Assembly: GCF_018350175.1 (NCBI RefSeq)
Contig: NC_058375.1
Span: 36,642,001-36,706,000 of the forward strand
Direction: 5' to 3'
DNA length: 64,000 nt
DNA from: Felis catus
Taxonomy: Eukaryota
The notes beneath the pieces are model-generated. The model saw only the letters and a program-made list of their open reading frames with translations, was not told where the DNA came from and ran no database searches. Both the position numbers and the translations under genes were made by a program. Positions 12,734-23,950 of this stretch are shown piece after piece (position 1 is the first letter of the stretch; each line of letters starts with the position of its first letter).

Positions 12734-15090
12734 TTTTTTTTTTTTTTTTTTTTGATGTTTATTTTTGAGAGAAAGAGAACACGCAAGTTGGGGAGGGTCA
12801 GAGAGACAGAGAGAGACAGAGACAGAGGATCCAAAGCAGGCTCTGTGCTGACAGCAGTGAGCCAGATGTGGGGCTCAAACTCACAAACTGCAAGATCATG
12901 ACCTGAGCTGAATTCACTCAACCGACTGAGCCACCTATGTGCCCCAAGGTCTTATATCTAGAGTACATAAAGAACTTAGCAATAAGAAGGGTGCTGGGGG
13001 GGTCTCAGTTGGTTAAGCATCCCACTCTTTTTTTAATTTTTTTTTTTACATTTATTTATTTTTGAGAGACAGAGCACAAGTCGGGGAGGGGCAGAGAGAG
13101 AAGGAGACACAATCTGAAGCAGGGACCAGGCTCCGAGCTGTCAGCACAGAGCCCAACACAGGGATTGAACTCACAAACTGTGAGATCATGACCTGAGCCG
13201 AAGTCGGACTCTTAACCAACTGAGTCACCCAGGCGCCCTGTGTCCCACTCTTGATTTCAGCTCAGGTCATGATCTCATGGTGGTGAGATTGAGCCCCGCA
13301 TCGGGTTCCACGCTAACAGCCCAGAGCCTGCTTGGGATACTTTCTCTCTTTCTCTCAAAACTAACTAACAAACAAACAAACATTAAAAAAAAGAATTTAA
13401 GGTACCTGGGTGGCTCAGTTGGTTAAGCATCCAACTTCAGGTCAGGTTCGTGAGTTGGATCCCCGCATCAGGCTCTGTGCTGACAGCTCAGAGCCTGGAG
13501 CCTACTTTGGATTCTACGTCTCCCTCTCTCTCTGCCCCTCTCCTGCTCGCACTCTGTCTCTCTCTTTCTCAAAAAAATAAAATAAAATAAATTTTTAAAA
13601 TGTAAAAAAACTTTAAAAAAAGAAGTTGGGGCGCCTGGGTGGCTCAGTCGGTTAAGCGGCCGACTTTGGCTCAGGTCATGATCTTGCGGTCCATGGGTTC
13701 AAGCTCCGTGTCGGGCTCTGTGCTGACAGCTCAGAGCCTGGAGCCTGTTTCAGATTCTGTGTCTCCCTCTCTCTCTGACCCTCCCCCGTTCATGCTCTCT
13801 CTCTCTCTGTCTCAAAAATAAATAAACGTTAAAAACATTTTTTTAAATAAAATAAAATAAAAATAAAAAAAGAAGTTAGTAATAAGAAAACAAACCACTT
13901 CATTAAAAATNNNNNNNNNNNNNNNNNNNNNNNNNNNNNNNNNNNNNNNNNNNNNNNNNNNNNNNNNNNNNNNNNNNNNNNNNNNNNNNNNNNNNNNNNN
14001 NNNNNNNNNNNNNNNNNNNNNNNNNNNNNNNNNNNNNNNNNNNNNNNNNNNNNNNAACCCTAATAATACTGAGGGCTGGTGAGAATATGGAGCAGATGAA
14101 ACTCTCTTACATGGTCAGTGTAAATTTAAAATTGTACAGCAATGGGGTGCCTGGGTGGCTCAGTCGGTTAAGCGCCTGACTTTGGCTCAGGTCATGATCT
14201 CGCAGTTTGTGAGTTTGAGCCCCATGTCCAGCTCTGTGCTGACAGCTCAGAGCCTGGAGCCTGGTTTGGATTCTGTGTCTCCCTCTCTCTCTGCCCCTCC
14301 CCTAATCACCCTCTGTCTCTGCCTCTGTCTCTCTCTCTATCTCTCAAAAATAAACATTTAAAAAATTTAAAAAAATAAAAATTAAAAAAGATAAAATGGT
14401 ACAGCCACTTTGGAAAACAGTTTAACACTTTATTATAAAATTAAACATACAATTATCATATGACCCATAAATTCCACTCCTAGGTACTTACCTAAGAAAA
14501 ATGAAGATTTACATTCACACAAAAACCTGCACACAAATGTGTAAAGCAGCTTCATCATAATCACAAAAAACTGGAAACACAAATATCTTTTAACTGGTGA
14601 GTAGACAAACTGGTATATCCATATAGACAAATACTACTCAGCAATAAGAAAGAATAAATTACTGATACACTCAACAACCTAAATGAACGTCAAATGCATT
14701 ACACTGGGTAAAAGAAGCCAAACTCAAGGGGCATCTGGGTGGCTCAGTTGGTTAAGCAACCAACTTCGGCTCAGACCATGATCTTGCGGTTTGTGAGTTC
14801 AAGCCCCACATCGGGCTCTCTGCTGTCAGCACAGAGCCTGCTTTGGATTCTCTGTCCTCCTGCCCTGGCCTCCCCCACTCTCTCGCAAAAATAAATAAAC
14901 ATTTAAAAAAAGAAGAGACCAAACTCAAAAGGCGACTTGCTGTATGATTCTATTTATATGTTGTTCAGAAAAATATAAAATTATAGGAACAGAAAATAAT
15001 GACTACCAAGAACTGGGATGAAGGGAGGTATTGACTATAAAAGGGTAGTACGAGAGACATTTTTCTGGATAATAGAACTGTTCTGTATCT
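11730..15090 (+). mobile_element. Old LINE-1 ORF2 3' end/3' UTR fragment with many nested SINEs
   Basis: L1 hallmarks (ttcaatggaaaaaggataatcttttcaacaatggtgct; cacaccttatataaaaattaactcaaaatggat; attccactcctaggta). SINEs at ~11995, 12201, 12687(-), 12989, 13030(-), 13401, 13628, 14144, 14728. Confidence 0.85.
12201..12389 (+). mobile_element. Young feline SINE (SINEC_Fc-type), tail in N gap
   Basis: CpG-rich intact head ggggcgcctgggtggcgcagtcggttaa..cagccaggtcacgatctcgcggtccgtgag. Confidence 0.85.
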
Positions 15091-15209
15091 TGAGAGCTTG
15101 TTTGGAGGTTCTAGCACAGGAGCTCAGCTACTCGTATACTCTTGACCAAAAATCTGTCCTCCTCTATTGGGGAAGGTTGTCCTCTTCCACTGAGTGTGCA
15201 GCTTCTGGA
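15089..15209 (-). pseudogene. 7SK snRNA retrocopy, 3'-truncated; 5' part probably in the adjacent N gap
   Basis: Reverse complement reads ..GAAGCTGCACACTCAGTGGAAGAGGACAACCTTCCCCAATAGAGGAGGACAGATTTTTGGTCAAGAGTATACGAGTAGCTGAGCTCCTGTGCTAGAACCTCCAAACAAGCTCTCAAG, i.e. the middle of 7SK with CpG decay. Confidence 0.9.
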
Positions 15210-15389
15210 NNNNNNNNNNNNNNNNNNNNNNNNNNNNNNNNNNNNNNNNNNNNNNNNNNNNNNNNNNNNNNNNNNNNNNNNNNNNNNNNNNNNNNNNNNN
15301 NNNNNNNNNNNNNNNNNNNNNNNNNNNNNNNNNNNNNNNNNNNNNNNNNNNNNNNNNNNNNNNNNNNNNNNNNNNNCGATTGTTTAAAC

Positions 15390-15612
15390 CAATGATTCTC
15401 AACTGGGAGCAATTCTGCTCCTTAGGAGACATTTGGCAAGGGCTAGAAACATTTTTACTTACCACAACTCAAAGGGAGAGGGGATGCTATTGGCACCTTT
15501 GGGTAGAGGCCAGGGATGCTGCTAAACATTCTACAAGACAACAGAGCAAGCCCTGAAGCCAAGAATTATCTGGCCCCAAATGTCAATAGTGCCAAGACTG
15601 AGAAACCCCGGC
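15390..15612. mobile_element. MER20-like hAT DNA transposon remnant
   Basis: caatgattctcaactggg...gacatttggcaa...ccaaatgtcaatagtgccaagactgagaaaccc. Confidence 0.75.
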
Positions 15613-15618
15613 TTAAGC

Positions 15619-15932
15619 CAGAGGTCAGAAAGTTATAGCCCAAGGGCTAAATTCAGCCCACCACCTGTCTTTGTATGCCCCACAAGCTAAGAATAGTTTT
15701 TAGATTTTTTAATGATTGGGGGGAAAAAATAAAAAATCAAAAGAATATTTCATGAAAATTATATAAATTCAAATTTCAGTGTGCATAAAGTCATGCTCAT
15801 TTATTTATGTATTATCTGTGGATGTTGTGGCATTCCAAAGGCAAAGTTGAGTATTTATGACAGAGATTGTATATTCACAAAGCCTAAAATATTTACTACC
15901 TAGCTCTTTATAGTTAAGTTCGCTAACCCTTG
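15619..15932. mobile_element. MER58-like hAT DNA transposon remnant
   Basis: cagaggtcagaaagttatagcccaagggctaaattcagccc...aaaatatttactac..gttcgctaaccct. Confidence 0.65.
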
Positions 15933-18323
15933 GTCTATATCCATGGAAATGTACACAAAAATTGGTAGGTTTTACTTACATAAAATTTTTAAAGTGAATT
16001 TTAAAATGTGAAATTATAGATGCCTACACTGATTTAGTATGAGCTGTGCTAACACACTCATTTCTGTAAATGTGCATGTCCTTTCTGGTTTTTCTGACAG
16101 AAGATAAATAGTGAATAATAGGAATTTATCACTGACTGGGTTCTGATGTGAAATTTTCCTATTTAAAAAAAAATCATATGCACCATCTCTGACCGTGAAG
16201 AATCTCATTCAGTTTCCTGGACACAGAGACAGTTCTCCAGAGAAGACATCTGTGATGAAGCAGCTAATACCCCGTGCACTTGTCATCAGATCAGTAACGG
16301 GGTCTGACTGGGTCTCTCTGACCGTGAATGCTCCCGGACTGAATGGGGCATTTATCACCCTGTCTCGGGCAAACCAGCTGACCATCATGCACATGGGCCC
16401 AAGAGCCTGTGAATTAGCTCCTGTCCATTAGCCCCTGTCCAAACACTCTGGCCCTAGTACTGCAGTCACGTTATCAGTCCCCTCCAGACCCTGGAAGCGT
16501 GATCAGGCATGAGCTCCCTGTCTCCTACCGTCCCTCATCTCCACTTGGACAAACCGTCAGTTAATTAGCTAATGTGGGTAAAAATGCTCGAAGCTGAAAA
16601 ATGCTCAGCTGGGCTATTATGATTATCATCTGCCAGATCCCCTCCCTCTAATTCCTTCCACCCCAGAGTCAGCCCACACGACACCTTGCCGTCTGTGGAT
16701 GGGAAAATTCCAGAGGAGGTCACTAAGTAGTCACCCATGTTTAAGGCCAGAGCCCCCCAGCCTCCTGATATTGATACTATGCCAAATGGTACCATAAATC
16801 CTGAAGCCCAGGGTCTGGCTTGACTTTCCTCATTTAAAGGAATTGGCAGCATGGCAGATCTCGGATTCCCCCAAATTATCGAATTTTGGATGATCTTTGA
16901 TTTCGTTCTTCAGCTAGATAGATCATTTAGAAAGTCAAAACAGCCTTTTGAAAAGATTATGTGGGAATCATAGCATTATCTGCTCCCAGTTTACAGAGAT
17001 TTAAGCCTGACATTCCTAGGGCCAAAACTCAATTCTCCACATCTCTCAATTCAAGCCGCTTCAAGAACTCCCTGTCCAGAAAGTTGACCCCTGAAGGACA
17101 GAGTGATGGCTAGAGTGCCCCAAGCTGCTAAAGTTTCATGCAGTTATCAAATCCCAAAACAGGAAGGTGCCCGGGCAGACACATGTTACTCCTATCCATC
17201 TCCCCTTTCTGAAAAATCTTTCCGTGGGGTGGGACTGAAAATAGCTGACCTTAATTGCCAAAGCCCAATTTCAGAAGAGTTAAAAGCATAATTTCATTGT
17301 AGCCATATTTGGGCGATTCCTATATGTTCCCTGATGATCCTTAGAGACCAGTTAGAGTATCCTGTTTCTCCCTGCACATCTATCATCCTTCCTCTCCATC
17401 TCCATTTCTAAGGTCTCATCAGTTCTCACCAGGGCAGCTGTTATAGCCTCTGCACTGGGTCCCTGCTACCATCCCTTGTATCCCTGTAAGCTGACTTAAG
17501 CCCTCCTCCTTTATAGCCAGACAGATCATTCTAAAACACAGTCATGACCATATCACTCCCCGCCTAAAAATGTTTAACAGCTCTATATCATTGACAAAGT
17601 CCAAACTCCTTAACTTGACAGTAAATCCCTTCAAAATTGTGTCCCTACTTCTCACCTTCCAACACACTATGCTTACACCATACCAGGCAATTCCCCCTTC
17701 CCCATGTGACTTGGGCATGCCAGCCTCTGTGCCCATGCTCATACCTTTTTCTTCCTTCTGGAATGTCCTTTCCTCCTCATCTGCATCCATGAAAAACCTT
17801 TCTTCAAAGGTCAGCCCAAATGCCACCTCCTCCAGGAAGCCTTCCATAAACTCACCCCTGAAGGGCCACAGCACTTTACCAGTTATTCTCTTGGGCCTGT
17901 TTTGCTTTCTATGGTGGTTATTAATGTACAGATGCCCTCTCCCTCATGGAACAATAAGAATATTAAAAAATCTCTATAACCTAGTGTAGCATATAGTAGG
18001 TGCTGGTAATCATTAGTGACTGATGAACAAACTGCAACAGACCGATTATACGTTAACGAAAGCATGAATCAGAGGAAGGGAACTGGGATGCAGGGAGAAA
18101 CGCATGTCATAAAAAAAAATGGTCAACAAGGTCGAAGACTTAGCTGTTATCTTAATAACAACAGCTTGCAAGTCCTTGGTATTATGCTAAGCATTATCAC
18201 ATTTATTCAACACATCACTCTAAGACACAGGTACTATTATCATCTCCATTTAGTAGGTGAGAAACCGAGGCTCAGAGACAGCAAATTCATTGTTTCAGCC
18301 ACTGGCCTCTTTGTTGATCTTTA

Positions 18324-18548
18324 TTTTTTTTTTTAATTTTTTTTTCAACGTTTATTTATTTTTGGGACAGAGAGAGACAGAGCATGAACGGGGGAGGAGC
18401 AGAGAGAGAGGGAGACACAGAATCGGAAACAGGCTCCAGGCTCCGAGCCATCAGCCCAGAGCCCGACGCGGGGCTCGAACTCACGGACCACGAGACCGTG
18501 ACCTGGCTGAAGTCGGACGCTTAACCGACTGCGCCACCCAGGCGCCCC
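18324..18548 (-). mobile_element. Young feline SINE with TSD
   Basis: CpG-intact; TSD tgttgatcttta at 18312-18323 and 18549-18560. Confidence 0.92.
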
Positions 18549-18967
18549 TGTTGATCTTTAAATACATCCCACATACTCCCACTTCTGAGTCTTTACACTT
18601 GCTCTACCCTTTGCCTGAAACGTTCTTCCCCCAAATGCAGGCAGGGCTGGCTTCTTCCCTTCTTGTAGGTTTCTGATCAAATATCACTTTACCAATGAAG
18701 TCTCCTCTGTCCACCCTATATAAAATGGCATATATTCCCCTGGTTAGGGGCAAAGCCCAGATTTAAAACCAGTTCTGACTCCAAAGCCAGATGACAAGGT
18801 AATAGTCATGTGGGTCAAAGGGAATAGAAGTCTCCATCACTAAACCAATCACTGTGATGATTGGTCAGGCCAGGGTCTCAATGCTCATTCCTGGAATTCA
18901 GGGGTGGGGCAAGCCCATTTAAACCACATGGACCAAAATAGAGAAGGGATGTTCCTCAAAGGAAAAT

Positions 18968-19185
18968 TGTCCTTTCCACTTCATCTGCATCCATGAAAAA
19001 CCTTTCTTCAAAGGTCAGCCCAAATGCCACCTCCTCCAGGAAGCCTTCCATGAACTCACCTCTGAAGTGCCACAGCACTTTGCCAGTTATTCTCTTGGGC
19101 CTGCTTTGCTCGAAAAACCTTTCTTCAAAGGTCAGCCCAATGCCATTTCCTCCAGGAAGCCTTCCATGAACTCACCTCTGAAGTG
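18968..19185 (+). repeat. Local duplication of 17764-17906 plus a second partial copy
   Basis: Near-identical direct copies visible in the sequence. Confidence 0.9.
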
Positions 19186-19815
19186 AATGAAGACTATAAC
19201 CAAAAGGAAGAGAGAATTCCAGGCAGGTAAAAGCAATACATGTTCACAACAATGGCCAAACCCTACCAGTTTCTCAACAGTAGATGAATTTGCCAGATTG
19301 GACCAAATCATTGACCTAGGAGATTTATGTTGCTCTGACCTTCAAGAAACTGCTCAGCACCAAAAAACTGAGATTCCATTTTTCACTTAACAAATTAGCA
19401 AGATCTTTCTTTTTAATGTTAACACTTCTGTCAGGGTGATGGAGTGTAAGTGGCAGAACCTTTCTTTCTGGAAAGCATTTTGGAAATACATATCAAGATC
19501 TCTAAAAATATTTTTTTAAGTTTATTTATTTTTGAGAGAAAGAGAGAGAGAGAGAGAGAGCATACAAGCAAGGGAGGAGCAGAGAGAGAGAGAGAATCCA
19601 AGCAGGATCTGCACTGTCAGCACTGAGCCTGATGCAGGGCTGGATGCAGGGCTTGGTGTGGGGCTCAGTGCCAGGCTTGAACTCATGAAGCATGAGATCA
19701 TGACCTGAGCCAAAATCAAGAGTTGGATATGCTTAACTGACTGAGCCATGCAAGTACCCCTAAAAATACTTTGATCCTCTAACCCAGTAACTCCACTTCT
19801 AGAAAAATTTGTAAA

Positions 19816-19819
<4 letters not shown>

Positions 19820-19862
<43 letters not shown>
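19820..19862. repeat. (TA)n microsatellite
   Basis: Direct observation. Confidence 0.95.
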
Positions 19863-19865
<3 letters not shown>

Positions 19866-20622
19866 ATGCAAAATACGGATAAAGATTTATGCATCAAGAT
19901 TTTCATCACAGAGTTCTTATAATAACAAAAAAGAAAGAAAGAAAAAGGGAAAAGAAGGGCACCTGGGTGGCTCAGTCAGTTAAGCATCTGACTCTTGATT
20001 TTGGCTCAGGTCATGATCTCATGGGTTTGTCAGATCGAGCCCCGCATTGGGCTCTGAGCTGATGGTGAGAAGCCTGCTTGGGATACTCTCTCTCCCTCTC
20101 TCCCTCTGCCCCCCCCCCCAAAATAAATAAACATTAAAGTAACTTGTTTTTTAAAAAAGAGGGAAAAGAAGAAGGAAAGAAAATCTCTAATTGTAAGGAT
20201 TAGAGATTGGTAAAATAAAATATAGCAACTCCATATAGTAGAAGATTGTGCAGTGACCAAATTAAATGATGTGAGATAGTTCATATAAATTCGTTGAGTA
20301 AGAAAGCAAGATACAAAATTGTCTACACAGTGTATTAACCATGTAGAAGAAAGCCACATGTGCCCAGAAATGAAAAAGAATAAATATATAAAAATGCTAG
20401 TACTGTTTATCTCTACTTGCTGGATGCTTTATATACATTTTTTTCTTCTTACTTGCTTATGTTTTCCACAATGAGCAAAAATTATTTAAACCTTGTTTGA
20501 AAGTAACCCCTTCTTAGCTCCTGAGAATTTGGCTGCCCACTTACCATGTCAGTCTGTCTCAGTCATTTGGACACCTGGGGAAAAACACTTGGTGGGTGAC
20601 AGATTAAGATCAGCAATATTTA

Positions 20623-20843
20623 GGGGCGCCTTGGTGGCTCAGCTGGTTAAGGGTCTGACTTCGGCTCAGGTCATGATCTCACAGTTCATGAGTTGGAGCC
20701 CCGCGTTGGGCTCTGTGCTGACAGCTCAGAGCCCGGAGCCTGCTTCAGATTCTGTATCTCCCTTTCACTCTGCCCCTCCCCTGCTCATGCTCTGTCTCTG
20801 TGTCAAAAATAAACATTTAAAAATTAAAAAAAAAAAAAAAAAA
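20623..20843 (+). mobile_element. CanSINE with TSD
   Basis: TSD aagatcagcaa(t/c)att. Confidence 0.9.
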
Positions 20844-22969
20844 GATCAGCAACATTTTTTGTGTCTTACAACTTTTCTCCCATCATTCACAGGAAGATCA
20901 GTTTTTCCTGTATTTGCCAGTCCTCCCTTAAAATCCATCACTTCATCACATGATGCCTCTTTTTTTTTTTTTTCTCAGTAAAACAAAACCTGGGAATGGA
21001 ACATAAACTTGTGCTGAACCCTGATATGAAAATGAGTAGGCACTGGGCTTCCAACTGCCAGTGAAGTGCCAGTGCAGAAGGGCTGTCCAGGCTGATGGAT
21101 GCCAGAGACAGGTAAATGTGCCCCCATTTCAGGCCTGAAATGCCTGCAAGAATTCCAACCTACCACTTTTTGGGTTCTGTGGACACATTCTACCTAGAGG
21201 CCCCTCAGATGACAAGGTCTCCCTCACTGCAGGCAATGGCTGGTTGCCAAAGATTGCTGGACTGGGAGACAGAAAACAAGATTATGTTTCTATGACAACA
21301 CAAATGGCACCACCTCCAGGAAGCTTTCTGTGCCTCCTTCCCTGATCCCCACTGCCTCTCCATATTACATTTCTCCCCCAAGGAGTCATGGCTCTGGGTA
21401 CTTTCCTTGCCCCTCTTAGAGCAAATGTGGTGATGTGGCAGCTGGTACTGTGAGAAGACATCACACAGACCTTGGTTCACTTCCTGACTCTTGTCACTCA
21501 ATTCCTGAACCTCAGTTTCCTCAGCTGTAAAATGGAGACAGTAATCTCAGCAGCACACAGAACTGCCCCCATCCCAGGACCTGACAACCCAATCCTCAAG
21601 CTCCTGTAACATGATTGTGCCCAAAGAAATTGTCTAGCAGCCCAGAACCACAAGAGAATACTCACTAGGCCCAGCATTGTGGTGGCAGGCACCCCCCCCC
21701 CCAACCTCCCCACCCAGATCTCCAGCCAGCCGCAGCCAGGGAACAGACAGCCAGCAGTGGCTAATGATACCTCTCCCATCTTCTGGACAGAGTAATTGCC
21801 AGGTGGGATGGCAAGACCCCAATTATTAAGGGTCTGTCCAGGGGTGTGGCCACAGACATGTCCAAAACTGAATTCAGCTTCCCCTCAAACGTATTACCCT
21901 TCCTGCTCCCTATCTCAGAGAATAGCATCACCCAGGGGACTCAAATTGGAGATCAGGATATGGTCCTCACAACTCCTTCGCACTTATGTCTCTCATTCCA
22001 TCACCAAGTCCTGTCATTTCTACCTCTCAGATCCATCCATTTCCTCCCATCCTAGGGCTGCTGCTGTAGTTCGTGCCACTACCCACCTCTTCACAGGTCT
22101 CCTGGCCTCTACCCTGCACATCTCCTCCTGCCACTGATGAAGATGCCTCAATAGCTCTCAGAAAACCAGCCTCAGTAATTGTAAGTCCCCCACCTTGCCC
22201 CAGTTCGGTCCCAGCTTACCTTTCTAACCTCATCTCCCCTCCTTGCCTCATGTCTGTAGTTTCCCCAAATTCACTGTCCTGTTTCTCACCTGCCTGTTTT
22301 TGCTCATGTCGTTCCCTGTCATTAATGTTCTTCTCTTCCTCTCTTTTCCACTGACTAGCTCCTTTTCATAGAAGACTTAGCTCAGATTTCCATTCTTCCA
22401 GAAGGCTTTTTGCTCCTCCATTCCCCACACACTCCCAAACTAGATTAAGTGTTCCCCTTGTTGCCACTTACTGAGCACTGTTCCAAGCACCTTTGATGCC
22501 TTAACTCATCTAATCTTCACAGCAAACCCTGTGTCTAGGCTCTCCTATTACTACTTTACAGGTAAGAGAACTGAGGCTTATAGAAGTTGAAGCAAAACTA
22601 CCAAGGCCAAATAAGTGCTTAGTAGTGCTGAAACCCAGGTCTATTTACTTTTTTTTTTTCCTTAATAAAAAAATCTGCATTGTTCTTTTCTGATTAGGAA
22701 AGTACCAAGAAAAAGGTAAGAATTACTCTTCTTTTTGTCATTTTGGTGAATTCCCTTGGTCTGGCATGCAGTAGGCAAAGTAAGCGCCAGTTCTCTATGC
22801 CTATATATACATGCTGATTTGGATAGCATTTTATATAAACTGTTCACACCCTTCCTGCAGTTTCCTGAATCTGGAGCTCTTGGGAGTGCACCGAGCACCC
22901 CCACTCCCGCTTCCATCCAGTCCCTAGTAGTACCAGGCTCTCAGTCCTCTGAGGTGTAACTACAGCTTA

Positions 22970-23950
22970 CTTTCCCCGGCGAGATGAGGACAGGGACGGG
23001 TCGAATTGGTTCTTAGTGCACAGACCACTACTGTACACAAACCAGAGTCCAGAGACCAGGCGAGGTGACCAGCGGCGCTCAGGCTTGGGGCGGCCCCTCC
23101 CAAGGCCCGGGATTCCCCCTCGCTCCACCCCCCACGCTCTCCAGCCCCACACCTTCTCTCACCTCTGTACCCAAACCTCAGGCCCGGACCTCGAGGCCAC
23201 GGTCCCACCCGCCCAAGGTGCCCCCCACCCCCACACTCCTAAGCCTCGGGTCTTCTGCACCGCGGCTTCCGGCTGCCCACTCAACGCACCCGAGGCACTC
23301 GGCGCGGTTAAATTACAGCCCCGCCCCCAGGCCCCTGGCTGCCTCAGCAGCCCAACTCCCGGGCTCCCACCGCGTCCCCGGCTGCAACCGCGGGAGCTGC
23401 TAACTGGGAAACTACCGCCCCCGTCCCCCACCCAGTTCAAGGCCCTGGCGCCCTTGGGTCAGGGCCGGAGGAGGCAGGCACTTCCAGACAAGTGCTGGCG
23501 CCGGGTGCGTCGCACTTGACGGAAAGGACGCCTGAGAATAAATCCGGAGCGGATTTGCATCACATCAGCAGGGGAGGGCTCGCGGCCACCGAAGTTCCAA
23601 AGCGGAGGACGTCCCCGACCTGTCCCGGCCCAGTGGCGGGTTTAGGAGCAGTGGGGAGTGGGAGGGAAGCTGCTTAAAGGGAAGAGGTGTGTGCCCTGGC
23701 CGCGAAAGCTGGGGCAGGAAGCCAGCTAGTGGGGAGTAATCTCCTCTCCTTGGCTGGGCCGGACCTCAGCCTGGGCTTGGGTCCTCGTCGAAGGAAGTGG
23801 GGACAGAGGTTTTCTGTGCATGTGTGTAACTTGGATGAAAGGAAACAGCGCGGCCCGGAGGGTGGGAGAGCCTAGCAATCCCCACCCATACTGCTAAGAC
23901 TCTCCCAGCCGTGGTCTTCTGAGATTCCCCTACTGCCGCGGGAGCCCTTG
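22970..23950. promoter_or_regulatory. Orphan CpG island
   Basis: High GC and CpG density, GC boxes (ccccgcccc), octamer ATTTGCAT 23553-23560; no coding exon found. Confidence 0.7.

Noticed and set aside
13639-13821. Recurrent ORFs of the type MAQSVKRPTLAQVMI.. (also 14155, 32114, 60544, 61110 and others)
   Set aside because: Translations of CanSINE copies, not a gene family.
23400-23700. Octamer suggesting an snRNA gene distal element
   Set aside because: No PSE or recognisable snRNA/tRNA body nearby.
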